A stretch of DNA of 63,895 bases from a virus. A program made the position numbers and the translations under genes. Under the pieces are notes generated by a model. The model made no database searches, was not told where the DNA came from, and was given only the letters and a program-made list of their open reading frames with translations. Of the stretch, positions 35,477 to 44,203 are shown one piece after another. Numbering within the stretch: the first letter of the stretch is position 1; every line of letters starts with the position of its first letter. The DNA is taken from positions 1 to 63,895 of IMG/VR virus record IMGVR_UViG_3300021256_000015; one strand, 5' to 3'.

Positions 35477-36007
35477 ATGATACTGAGGACTATTAACGGA
35501 TATGATTTCTTTGAGTGCTCATCTGCCATGCAGAAGGCAATCCGCCGTGCAGATGTGCGAGTCGCTGGTTTCTTTGCACTTGAATTGTGGTCAAGCGGAT
35601 ATCGTGACTATGTGTGGAAACGGTTATTTACCATCAGTGCCGAGGACTGCTACGGCTTGATAACAGCCGAGATTGAGGCATTGTGGCAAGGGCACGAGTT
35701 GGTCAACAAGACGGCCAAAGAGCCCAAAGGACGCATTTTTGTGAGCAAGGCCGTGCTGCTGCTGTGTGACTGTCGTAAGTGCCGTGATGCGGATCATCTT
35801 CAAAATTTCATCTATGACCGCAAGGATGTGGATGTGGAGTATTGGATTGAGAACGTGAGAGCCGAACCACTGCCAGTGCCAGAATATACCTTTGACGTTC
35901 ACACCCGAAAGGGCAAGAAGAGAGGGCGGACGAAGGAGGAGTTTTTCAGGGAAGAACTTGAGGCACTCCACCCTCGTCAACCTGGACTATTTGACGAATT
36001 AGTTTAA
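35477..36007 (+). CDS. Stand-alone MgsA/WRNIP C-terminal-domain-like protein (176 aa)
   Basis: YDFFECSSAMQKAIRRADVRVAGFFALELWSSGYRDYVWKRLFTISAEDCYGL parallels HYDLISA..KS.RGSD..AALYW...RRL...ASEDIGLA. The start is moved off the promoter box. Confidence 0.45.
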   Translation: MILRTINGYDFFECSSAMQKAIRRADVRVAGFFALELWSSGYRDYVWKRLFTISAEDCYGLITAEIEALWQGHELVNKTAKEPKGRIFVSKAVLLLCDCRKCRDADHLQNFIYDRKDVDVEYWIENVRAEPLPVPEYTFDVHTRKGKKRGRTKEEFFREELEALHPRQPGLFDELV

Positions 36008-36018
36008 TATTAATACCT

Positions 36019-36050
36019 GTACCGCCGCCTAAACGTGGCGGTACATTTTT
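36019..36050 (+). terminator. Hairpin gtaccgcc-N10-ggcggtac plus T5
   Basis: 8-bp GC-rich stem followed by attttt. Confidence 0.75.
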
Positions 36051-36057
36051 CTTAATC

Positions 36058-36618
36058 ATGGCAAAAGAACCGATATTCAGTGAATGGATGCTCCAAGCCA
36101 AAGCCTACGCAGTTGTCGAAAAAGCGATTGGTGTTGAAAAGTGGGTAAGTGTGAGTTATTACATTGACATCCCAGAAAAGGAAGATGGTGCGGTATGTAT
36201 ACTGTCGCATGGCTCACAGTGGACTAAGCGTGTTTTCCTATATGATATGCCACGGCATCAATACGAGCGTTATATGTGGGTATTGCGTTGGAGGCTTGCC
36301 AAGCTGATTTGCCTATACCCGAGGAATAACGTCCAGCAGTATATTTGCTTCTATGACAAGAAAACTGGACTTGAATTAGGATTTGGCAAGCCACTTAGTA
36401 AGTTGATTGGAGCGAAATCTTTGCTTACAAGGTACAGGAATAGACTAAAAAACTACATTGACAGCCAATCAAGCAACCTATTTTTCAATGGCAGTGATGA
36501 GATTGTAGAGAAATTTAATACAAAAATCAGTGCCACCGAGGAAAAGATTGACCAATTGGAAAAACAAATCAAAGATATGGTTGAGTCTCAAAAGCCCAAC
36601 GATACTGACCCATTCTAA
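36058..36618 (+). CDS. Hypothetical protein (186 aa)
   Basis: ATG start after the terminator; C-terminal coiled coil. Confidence 0.55.
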   Translation: MAKEPIFSEWMLQAKAYAVVEKAIGVEKWVSVSYYIDIPEKEDGAVCILSHGSQWTKRVFLYDMPRHQYERYMWVLRWRLAKLICLYPRNNVQQYICFYDKKTGLELGFGKPLSKLIGAKSLLTRYRNRLKNYIDSQSSNLFFNGSDEIVEKFNTKISATEEKIDQLEKQIKDMVESQKPNDTDPF

Positions 36619-36627
36619 TCGTTATCA

Positions 36628-36719
36628 AGAGTTAAGGTGTTAAAATGGTGGGGGCAAACGCTTGCAAACCTCGTAATTATACGCTAACTTTATAGTAGAT
36701 AATTAAATAAGTCAAACCA
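36628..36719 (+). promoter_or_regulatory. Early promoter cassette C
   Basis: AGAGTTAAGGTGTTAAAATGGTGG, TTG, 20 nt, TAACTTTA, leader 36709-19. Confidence 0.6.
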
Positions 36720-36736
36720 ATAAAATTGAAAGAGTT

Positions 36737-37294
36737 ATGAAAACTACAGCGACCACCACCATTCCAGTAGAGATTTACAAAGAGTTGTATGACTATCTTT
36801 GCGACATCATCGCCGAAAATGGCGAGTGCGACGAGGATGGACGTTGCAAAGACTACTTCGAGTTTGAGAGCAAGGATGGCAAGTATTATATCAGCGGCGA
36901 GGTTGAGGCATACTTCGAGTATGTGGATGATAGTTTTGACCACGCATTCGGAACTGAATACTGCGGACACTGGGAATTTGACAAACTCGATGATGTGACC
37001 GTGGAGACTTGCATCTACACTGACGATGATGAGAATGAGACCGAAATCGAGTTTGATGGAGAGGTGTTTGACCATCTGCATGATGAGACCACCATCAAGC
37101 GTGGTGGCATTGAAATCAATCAAGGCGATGAGGTGATTGCAAAGCCACGATTTTTACGCTGGACAGCTTGCAAGTTCCTCTATTTTGACACCATTGACCG
37201 TCTATATTATGTTGAAATCGGGAAGTACAAATATAGCTGTGAAAAACTACTTCCAGCAACAGAGAAAAACCGCCAACTCATTGGCACCTATTAA
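36737..37294 (+). CDS. Highly acidic hypothetical protein (185 aa)
   Basis: D/E-rich N-terminal two thirds (ENGECDEDG..., DDDENETEIEFDGE). Confidence 0.6.
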   Translation: MKTTATTTIPVEIYKELYDYLCDIIAENGECDEDGRCKDYFEFESKDGKYYISGEVEAYFEYVDDSFDHAFGTEYCGHWEFDKLDDVTVETCIYTDDDENETEIEFDGEVFDHLHDETTIKRGGIEINQGDEVIAKPRFLRWTACKFLYFDTIDRLYYVEIGKYKYSCEKLLPATEKNRQLIGTY

Positions 37295-37320
37295 GTCAAA
37301 CCAATAAAAACCAACCAACA

Positions 37321-37701
37321 ATGTTAAACGGATTTGAAAAGCAGACAGAGCCATTGACTGACTACGAGAGCAACGTTTTATTGCCTTTAGTCATTCGAGG
37401 GCTCAAAATCAGATTTGGCGAAAAGAACGCCATCACTAACAGAAAGATGACTGTGGTTTTGAGAAATCAGGGTTACGAAATCTCGGAGGCGAGAGTCCGT
37501 AAGATAATAAACCACATCAGGAACCATGCCCTTATTGAGCGACTGATTGCCACCAGTAAGGGCTACTATATCGCTACCAGCATCGAGGAAATGGGCAATT
37601 ACATTGACTCGTTACGAGGGAGAGAGAATGCAATCGGTGTCATGCGTGAGAGCATGGAGAAACAATATAATGAATGGCTATGGGAAAAGACAAAGCAATA
37701 A
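37321..37701 (+). CDS. Putative winged-helix DNA-binding protein (126 aa)
   Basis: Leader motif at 37293-303. NRKMTVVLRNQGYEISEARVRKIINHIR is wHTH-like. Confidence 0.45.
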   Translation: MLNGFEKQTEPLTDYESNVLLPLVIRGLKIRFGEKNAITNRKMTVVLRNQGYEISEARVRKIINHIRNHALIERLIATSKGYYIATSIEEMGNYIDSLRGRENAIGVMRESMEKQYNEWLWEKTKQ

Positions 37702-38261
37702 TAAGCGTCAAGCAACGTGAGATAATGAATATCAACAACAAGTTGGAGTTGATTAGGAAAAACCTTGAAGTGTATGAGCGTTCAGGACTGCGTAAGAGCA
37801 AAGAGGCACGCAAGCTGGTTGGAGATTTGAACGAGTTAATCTTTGAGCGTGACGAGTTGATCAAGGAAGATATTAGAGACCGCCGTGACTGCATCGCATA
37901 TCTGTTGCTGTGTATCGCAGCGGCCGACTTTTCCAGGGAGGCGTGCGACATGCTTGAGGATAAGTTGAAAAAGACTTACGGCAAAGTGCAAGAGGGGCAA
38001 CTTGACTTCTTGACCCTACTTCGTGAGTTCTCTGAGCACTTCGGCAGTCTGGTATCTATGATAGACAGCGTTAAAGATGAGCGTTTCAGCCTGAACTTCG
38101 CTGCGATGAGTGATGAGATGATGGACACCATGACTGAAATCAACCTTGCCGAGGCGCGGGCGATAGTCCACCGTCACCACGATGCAGGCAACGGCCACAA
38201 TATAGAGTTCAAGCCTAATGAGCAATACTATGAGCTCAAGCGCAAAGCAAAAAGTCAGTAA
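37674..38261 (+). CDS. Hypothetical coiled-coil protein (195 aa)
   Basis: ATG start overlapping the upstream gene by 28 nt. Confidence 0.5.
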   Translation: MAMGKDKAIISVKQREIMNINNKLELIRKNLEVYERSGLRKSKEARKLVGDLNELIFERDELIKEDIRDRRDCIAYLLLCIAAADFSREACDMLEDKLKKTYGKVQEGQLDFLTLLREFSEHFGSLVSMIDSVKDERFSLNFAAMSDEMMDTMTEINLAEARAIVHRHHDAGNGHNIEFKPNEQYYELKRKAKSQ

Positions 38262-38263
38262 AT

Positions 38264-38352
38264 GTTAAGGTGCTAAAATGGTGGTTATTTCATTGCCCGT
38301 AATCCGCCAATAATGACTATCTTTATAGTACAATAAACAATAAGTCAAACCA
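38264..38352 (+). promoter_or_regulatory. Early promoter cassette D
   Basis: GTTAAGGTGCTAAAATGGTGG, TTG, 22 nt, TATCTTTA, leader 38342-52. Confidence 0.6.
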
Positions 38353-38367
38353 TTAAAACTGAAAGTA

Positions 38368-38523
38368 ATGAAAAGGTATTATTTTAGAATTTACCAATGT
38401 GGAGATCCAGACGGCTCAAATGTTTGGGTTGACGCTACAAGCGAGAGTGAGGCAAAGTCGGAGATAATGAGTGAGTACCACTCTATCGACAGAATAGAGT
38501 TAATCAAAAGCGAGAAATTATGA
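38368..38523 (+). CDS. 51-aa hypothetical protein (absent from the ORF track)
   Basis: MKRYYFRIYQCGDPDGSNVWVDATSESEAKSEI.... Lies 15 nt after the leader motif; ATGA overlap downstream. Confidence 0.5.
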   Translation: MKRYYFRIYQCGDPDGSNVWVDATSESEAKSEIMSEYHSIDRIELIKSEKL

Positions 38524-38873
38524 TTAAAGTGTCAACTACAATAAGACAGTCCAAGCGACTACTTGAAGCTGGCATTGACAGACACACCGCTGATTTTGCA
38601 ATTCCTACCGGCAACACACCTGCATGGAGTGTGGTTGCATTGCTTGAATTAATGCCTGTCAAGCTCAATGGCTGTGATGGTGAGGAGTTCAATTTAGTAA
38701 TTCACAAGTGGCATGACCCTGAGGAAGACGAGATTTTCTATGATATCGGCTATGACGATTACCACAACTTTACACTCAAAGGGTTTGAGTGTTACAAGCA
38801 TCTACTTGATGCTGTTGTGGATATGATGGAGTGGTTATTATCGACTGGCAACGTGAAGAAAGGAGGCAAGTAA
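38520..38873 (+). CDS. Hypothetical protein (117 aa)
   Basis: Coupled operon member. Its 3' end encodes KGGK and embeds AGGAGG for the next gene. Confidence 0.55.
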   Translation: MIKVSTTIRQSKRLLEAGIDRHTADFAIPTGNTPAWSVVALLELMPVKLNGCDGEEFNLVIHKWHDPEEDEIFYDIGYDDYHNFTLKGFECYKHLLDAVVDMMEWLLSTGNVKKGGK

Positions 38874-39256
38874 TGATATACACGAAAGAAGAATTCAAAC
38901 GATTGTGGGAAGCCAACTCATGTGGTTCCGGCATCACCTATGATGACATTGCCGAATGCGCAAAAGCATGGGGCATATCGAGTCATCCGAGAACACATCC
39001 GATTGACGAAATAACGTACAGAGTGCTTAAAGCCGCACAAACGAATGATGCGGAAGAGTACAATCCCAAGCCTGCATCGCAATGCGAGGGACGCATTATG
39101 ATAGACTTAAATGATGCTTGTGAATGGCTTAAATCACACGCAAGCCAATATGGTTCATTGCTTTTTCTTCCCGAGAGCGATTACCCTCAACCGGATGTTG
39201 AAGTAGAAAGTTTAGTTAATGCCTTCACACAAGCAATGAAAGGAGGTGATGTATGA
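38873..39256 (+). CDS. Hypothetical protein (127 aa)
   Basis: AGGAGG 6 nt upstream of the ATG; TAATG overlap. Confidence 0.55.
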   Translation: MIYTKEEFKRLWEANSCGSGITYDDIAECAKAWGISSHPRTHPIDEITYRVLKAAQTNDAEEYNPKPASQCEGRIMIDLNDACEWLKSHASQYGSLLFLPESDYPQPDVEVESLVNAFTQAMKGGDV

Positions 39257-39492
39257 ACCCTTTTGAGCAAGACATCGCTTATGCAGTTCAACGTGCTTGT
39301 AACAATATATCCGACCATTTGACCAGCGATTGTGTCAACTGGGAGCAACGTCGCTACGAGATTGCGAAAGATGCGCTTTGTGCTATCATATCCAGCGACA
39401 ACCATAACGAGATAACGCTTGATTGCATTACAGCGGTGAATATTGCCGACGAACTGATTAAGCAACTGAAAGGAGGCAAGGATGAAAAATAA
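39253..39492 (+). CDS. Hypothetical protein (79 aa)
   Basis: AGGAGG 6 nt upstream; ATGA overlap. Confidence 0.55.
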   Translation: MNPFEQDIAYAVQRACNNISDHLTSDCVNWEQRRYEIAKDALCAIISSDNHNEITLDCITAVNIADELIKQLKGGKDEK

Positions 39493-39718
39493 ACGTGCCT
39501 ATCGATTGGCCCACTGGATTATCATGCTTGCACTCGCCATTTGTGTGTCGATAGTGGTGTATGTGTCGAGAAACTCACCAACACCATCCAGCGACAATGA
39601 ACAGACCTTAAACCTCGACTCTTTGAGAGAGGTGCACCGCAATCTTTACTATCGTCTGAGAGAGGATAGTTTAAAGACACTTGAAGATAGCGTCCACGAG
39701 TTTGAGGACGGATTTTAA
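39482..39718 (+). CDS. Hypothetical membrane protein (78 aa)
   Basis: AGGAGG 5 nt upstream; TM helix WIIMLALAICVSIVVYV. Confidence 0.55.
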   Translation: MKNKRAYRLAHWIIMLALAICVSIVVYVSRNSPTPSSDNEQTLNLDSLREVHRNLYYRLREDSLKTLEDSVHEFEDGF

Positions 39719-39809
39719 CTTAAAAGGCGGTTGCTAAAATTATTATTAACCAAAGTATTAGTAAGAACGAGTTATTGTGACCGCCTTTTTTAAAAAAACT
39801 TATTCATTA

Positions 39810-40085
39810 ATGAAACCTGACAAATTCCATCGTAGATGCTGCTATAATTGCACCCATCATCTTGCCTACCACATGAACGGCCAGTATAAAGAAACCGTCG
39901 TTTGCTCATTGAGAGCAGCCAAAATATACACCACACCATCAGGCATGACGTATGAGGGTGTTGACTATTCTCAGCGCATTCCAGCCGATAATCCTCCGTG
40001 TGACAAATGGAAGGAAGACACCAACGTGCCGAGCGGTTTCAAGTGGGAATTTGAAAGGACTAAACAGCTAACATTGAAACTATGA
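39810..40085 (+). CDS. Cys-rich hypothetical protein (91 aa)
   Basis: Start moved to ATG 39810 because 39777-39809 lies in a hairpin/T-tract. Contains RRCCYNCTHH...PPCDKW. Confidence 0.5.
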   Translation: MKPDKFHRRCCYNCTHHLAYHMNGQYKETVVCSLRAAKIYTTPSGMTYEGVDYSQRIPADNPPCDKWKEDTNVPSGFKWEFERTKQLTLKL

Positions 40086-40360
40086 CTTTAGAAGAATTAG
40101 ACCGCCTAAACAAAGGCAATAAACTTGATAAAAAAATCAGAGATTTAAAGAAAATCGCCAACGACCTCGACAAAGGAGTTGTCTATCTTTGCGATGTCTG
40201 TTTCAGCTCAATTCAAGGTGGATTTGTTGAAAGTGGCTGCAACGCAGATTACAAATATGCCCTCAATACCGATGCGTTTAGAGGTGAGTTGAAGGCATTT
40301 GTGATGGACTATTTGAAACGCAAAATCGAGTATTATAAATCAGAATTTGAGAAACTATGA
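40082..40360 (+). CDS. Hypothetical protein (92 aa)
   Basis: ATGA overlaps on both sides. Confidence 0.5.
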   Translation: MTLEELDRLNKGNKLDKKIRDLKKIANDLDKGVVYLCDVCFSSIQGGFVESGCNADYKYALNTDAFRGELKAFVMDYLKRKIEYYKSEFEKL

Positions 40361-40686
40361 CACAAGAAACAAGAATAACAGAAATGCACCTCATCATAAC
40401 AGAATATGAATGGGGCAAGCTGGAGATAGAATGCGACTTCACCGATGGCGATATGCTTAGTGAGGAAGTTCATAACGCATTATGGAGCAAAATCAAAGAA
40501 GTTGAAGATAATTGGAACGAAAAAATACAGACTATGAGCAACAAACCAAAAAAGATACGTAAGAACGAATTGAGAACGTCCAATAGCACAGCTCAACAAA
40601 AGAGCGTGTTGGAAGAGATTGCGATGAGGGAGGCAAAGGAACTTTCCAGACGAAAATATAAACAACTCAAAAGAGAGATGAAATGA
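40357..40686 (+). CDS. Hypothetical protein (109 aa)
   Basis: ATGA overlaps on both sides. Confidence 0.5.
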   Translation: MTQETRITEMHLIITEYEWGKLEIECDFTDGDMLSEEVHNALWSKIKEVEDNWNEKIQTMSNKPKKIRKNELRTSNSTAQQKSVLEEIAMREAKELSRRKYKQLKREMK

Positions 40687-40967
40687 CATTCAGAGAGATG
40701 CTTGAACGCTTGTCGCTTGATGGACTGCTTGCAATCATTCCTGCAAGTATCGAGTATCGTGGCAAGAAGTACGACTTTGAGATGGCCAAAAGGACTCAAG
40801 GCAGAAAAAATTATTACTCATGCTGTTACAAGTCGCGTGACGTGAAACCATTTGAGCTTCATCATCACGAAGTTTCAGACTTAATGCGTGACGCTGTGAT
40901 AGATATGCTTGTTTGGCTTGAGGAAATGGCATTTATTGACCACTATCAGGAAGGAGGTAAATTATGA
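40683..40967 (+). CDS. Hypothetical protein (94 aa)
   Basis: ATGA overlap. Its 3' end (QEGGKL) embeds AGGAGG. Confidence 0.5.
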   Translation: MTFREMLERLSLDGLLAIIPASIEYRGKKYDFEMAKRTQGRKNYYSCCYKSRDVKPFELHHHEVSDLMRDAVIDMLVWLEEMAFIDHYQEGGKL

Positions 40968-41332
40968 CACAAGCACAAATCATCAAAGAGTATAACAAAC
41001 TCGTATCGGAAATCGAGCCCACACGAATGTATGACGGACGTGGTGAATACAACGGCTATACTTGTGACAAATGTGGCTTTATTACAGTGACATTATACAA
41101 GGCAAAAGGCGTAACACCATTCATCTTAAAATGCCCTAAATGTGGAGGTACATCCGTACACAATATAACAAGTCGCAACCCACCTCCATACATTCCTGAA
41201 CTTTATTCAGAAGTTAAGAATTGGGTTAGACCAACGATAAAGCAATTACTAAAAATGCACCCTGCAACCATCGAACACGTCCTCAATGGCGGATTAGTAT
41301 TTGAAGAAGAATTGGAAGGAGGTAAGATATGA
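40964..41332 (+). CDS. Zinc-ribbon protein (122 aa)
   Basis: CDKCG...CPKCGG; AGGAGG 6 nt upstream. Confidence 0.55.
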   Translation: MTQAQIIKEYNKLVSEIEPTRMYDGRGEYNGYTCDKCGFITVTLYKAKGVTPFILKCPKCGGTSVHNITSRNPPPYIPELYSEVKNWVRPTIKQLLKMHPATIEHVLNGGLVFEEELEGGKI

Positions 41333-41613
41333 GCTGGGCAGAAGAGCAGGACTGGTTTGGAATGGAGGACGCTTTGGCATTGCGTGGTTTCGACGATCCA
41401 GAAGATGCCATTGAACGAGGCTATTGGATAATGTCAGATTGGGAGCCCATCCGCATTACAGCGATGACAGACAAACACCTCGCAAACTCCATTCGCATGA
41501 TTGAGGAAGGCAGACTCAACCGCAAATGGGCATTGCCTTACCTCTACAAAGAACGTGAGCGAAGAAAGAAAAATCATGAGTACAAGCATCAGAATAGCAG
41601 ACCTGCCACTTGA
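41329..41613 (+). CDS. Hypothetical protein (94 aa)
   Basis: AGGAGG 6 nt upstream; ATGA overlap. Confidence 0.55.
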   Translation: MSWAEEQDWFGMEDALALRGFDDPEDAIERGYWIMSDWEPIRITAMTDKHLANSIRMIEEGRLNRKWALPYLYKERERRKKNHEYKHQNSRPAT

Positions 41614-42052
41614 CGCAAAGTGCTATGTGGTGAAAATCACCATCTCCATGCTCAAATATCATGGAGTCGGTGAGGAAGTCGTTTACTACCGCCGTCAAAT
41701 GAGACTTGAAAACCTCATCCGATGGCGGTGGTACTTTGAATACCTCGCCGCCCTCGTCAAAGTCCACAACCCTCATCGAAGAGTTGTGCTATTCGCAGGG
41801 CGTGATGAGTACATGAGCGAGAGTGAGGAAATCGAGAGAAAGGCGAACAGCCTACTATCGAGCAAACTCAGACAGATAAAGCGACTGCGAGCCATGCCAG
41901 TTCAAGATGACTTGTTTGGTTATGCCCAGGAGTCGCATGATAAAAAGATTGAGAGAATAAACAGTGAGATTGACAGCATCCAGCGTGGTGAGGTCAATTT
42001 TTACTATCCAGTGGAACAGATTAACAACGTTAAGAGATGGATAAAGAATTAA
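41576..42052 (+). CDS. Hypothetical protein (158 aa)
   Basis: First ATG in the frame (MSTSIRIADLP...). Overlaps both neighbours. Confidence 0.5.
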   Translation: MSTSIRIADLPLDAKCYVVKITISMLKYHGVGEEVVYYRRQMRLENLIRWRWYFEYLAALVKVHNPHRRVVLFAGRDEYMSESEEIERKANSLLSSKLRQIKRLRAMPVQDDLFGYAQESHDKKIERINSEIDSIQRGEVNFYYPVEQINNVKRWIKN

Positions 42053-43749
42053 GCCTTCTTTACATAGACTTATTTTGTGGAGCTGGTGGCACTTCGACCG
42101 GAGTAGAGTTTGCGACACTCAATGGTAGGAAGTGTGCTAAAGTTATAGCCTGCGTCAATCACGATGCCAATGCGATTGCCAGCCATGCAGCCAATCACCC
42201 CAACGCACTGCACTTCACGGAGGACATCCGAACGCTTGAGCTGACTCCGTTGGTCCGCCATGTGAATGCGATGCGACGACCAGGCACACGCGTTGTGCTT
42301 TGGGCTTCGCTGGAATGTACCAATTTCAGCAAGGCGAAAGGTGGACTGCCTCGCGATGCAGACAGCAGGACTCTTGCTGAGCACCTATTCAGATACATCG
42401 ACGCAATCAATCCTGACTACATACAGATAGAGAATGTAGAGGAGTTCATGTCATGGGGCGAACTTGATGAGAATGGACACCCAGTGAGTCGTGACAAAGG
42501 CAAATCTTATCTTAAATGGGTAAGGCAGGTTTGCTCTTATGGATATGACTTTGACTGGCGAATTCTCAATGCAGCTGACTATGGCGCTTACACTTCACGT
42601 CGTCGATACTTCGGGCAGTTTGCGAAGAAAGGACTGCCAATCGTTTTTCCAGAGCCGACCCACGCTAAAGTAATACCAAAAGAGAATATACTGTTCAAAG
42701 ATGATATTAAGCCGTGGAAACCAGTGCGAGAGGTACTCAACCTCAACGACGAGGGAGAGAGCATCTTCACACGAAAAAAGCCGCTCGTTGAGAAAACTTT
42801 GGAGCGCATTTATGCCGGGCTCATCAAGTTTGTTGCTGGTGGTAAAGAGGCATTCATTGTGAAATACAACAGCGTGAATGGTAAGACTGGAAAGTATGTG
42901 CCACCGAGCATTGACGAGCCTTGCCCAACCGTTGCTTGCCAGAACCGCCTCGGCATGGCAAAGGTACATTTCCTCTCCAAACAGTATGGAGGAGCCCCAA
43001 GCGGAAAGAACATCAGTGTTGATGAACCGGCAGGAACTGTTACTTGCCGTGACCATCACGCATTTGTTTCTGCACACTATGGCAAAGGGTTCAACACTTC
43101 CATTGACGCACCAGCACCAACACTCACCACAAAGGACAGACTCGGACTTGTTACAAGCAACTTCCTTGAAATGCAGTACGGCAATGGAACTGCTGCAAGC
43201 ACGAATGAGCCGGCACCAACTGTCACAACCAACCCAAAGCACAACCTGGTAAGTGTCAAGCCGTGGATCATGAACACGAGTTTTGGCAATGTCGGCAGTT
43301 CCATAGACGAGCCGTCACAGGTTATTACTGCAAATAGGAAGTGGCACTATCTCATGAACCCTCAATTCGCCTGTAAAGGCGGTAGCATCGACAAGCCATG
43401 CTTCACGCTAATTGCGCGCATGGATAAGATGCCGCCTTACTTGGTCAGTACAGAAGAGGGACTTGCCATCGAGGTGTACGAGACCGACAGCCCAATGACG
43501 ATGCGCATAAAAGAATTTATGGCCCTTTACTGCATCGCCGACATTCGTATGCGTATGCTCCGCATCAAGGAACTCAAGCGCATTATGGGCTTTCCCGAGG
43601 ACTACACCCTCATCGGCACTCAGGCAGAACAAAAGAAATTTATCGGCAACGCCGTAGAGGTCAACATGGCGCGTGTCCTTTGCGAGGCATTATGTAAAAC
43701 ATTATCAAAACAACAAAAAACAAGACAAAATGAGACCAAATCAATGTAA
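42037..43749 (+). CDS. DNA cytosine-5 methyltransferase with ~6 tandem TRD-like repeats (570 aa)
   Basis: Motif I DLFCGAGG, motif IV-like SLECTNFS, motif VI QIENV, motif X GNAV. Six (S/T)(I/V)D(E/A/K)P..T(V/L/I) repeats lie between them. Confidence 0.85.
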   Translation: MDKELSLLYIDLFCGAGGTSTGVEFATLNGRKCAKVIACVNHDANAIASHAANHPNALHFTEDIRTLELTPLVRHVNAMRRPGTRVVLWASLECTNFSKAKGGLPRDADSRTLAEHLFRYIDAINPDYIQIENVEEFMSWGELDENGHPVSRDKGKSYLKWVRQVCSYGYDFDWRILNAADYGAYTSRRRYFGQFAKKGLPIVFPEPTHAKVIPKENILFKDDIKPWKPVREVLNLNDEGESIFTRKKPLVEKTLERIYAGLIKFVAGGKEAFIVKYNSVNGKTGKYVPPSIDEPCPTVACQNRLGMAKVHFLSKQYGGAPSGKNISVDEPAGTVTCRDHHAFVSAHYGKGFNTSIDAPAPTLTTKDRLGLVTSNFLEMQYGNGTAASTNEPAPTVTTNPKHNLVSVKPWIMNTSFGNVGSSIDEPSQVITANRKWHYLMNPQFACKGGSIDKPCFTLIARMDKMPPYLVSTEEGLAIEVYETDSPMTMRIKEFMALYCIADIRMRMLRIKELKRIMGFPEDYTLIGTQAEQKKFIGNAVEVNMARVLCEALCKTLSKQQKTRQNETKSM

Positions 43750-43909
43750 GGACTGCCCAAACGTGCACATAGTTCCGAATGAGAACAAGAACCGCACTCG
43801 GTACTACTGTGCCGCTACTGGCAAACGTGGCGGTAAGTATAAAGCAATCGTGAAGATACAAAAGTGTTGGAGCTTTACCCAACGTCAGAGAGGGGGTGAG
43901 ATAGTGTGA
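43730..43909 (+). CDS. Small Cys-containing protein (59 aa)
   Basis: MRPNQCKDCPN...YYCAATGKRGG.... GTGA overlap with the next gene (a GTG start at 43906 overlapping the TGA stop). Confidence 0.4.
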   Translation: MRPNQCKDCPNVHIVPNENKNRTRYYCAATGKRGGKYKAIVKIQKCWSFTQRQRGGEIV

Positions 43910-44202
43910 CAACACCAAATCAAATCATCACAGAGTGCGCATTGTTTTTCAACGTGAGCACTGAAGATATTATATCATCATCACGAAAGGGTTACGGTGT
44001 AACCGATGCAAGAGCAGTTGCGTGCTACATCATCTACCGTAAGATGGGAAAAAGCAGCACAGAGACAGGCAGGTTATTCTATCGTGACCATTCCACTGTA
44101 CTTGCAGCTGTAAAGAAGTGTGAGCGGTGGTTGTCATTTCCTAAAGCCAACCCCACCGCAGTCAAGGCAATAAACTACATCGAAAACAAATACTTCAACT
44201 GA
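43906..44202 (+). CDS. DnaA C-terminal-domain-like HTH protein (98 aa)
   Basis: ISSSRKGYGVTDARAVACYIIYRKMGKSSTETGRLFYRDHSTVLAAVKK matches the DnaA domain IV pattern. Confidence 0.6.
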   Translation: MTTPNQIITECALFFNVSTEDIISSSRKGYGVTDARAVACYIIYRKMGKSSTETGRLFYRDHSTVLAAVKKCERWLSFPKANPTAVKAINYIENKYFN

Positions 44203-44203
44203 C

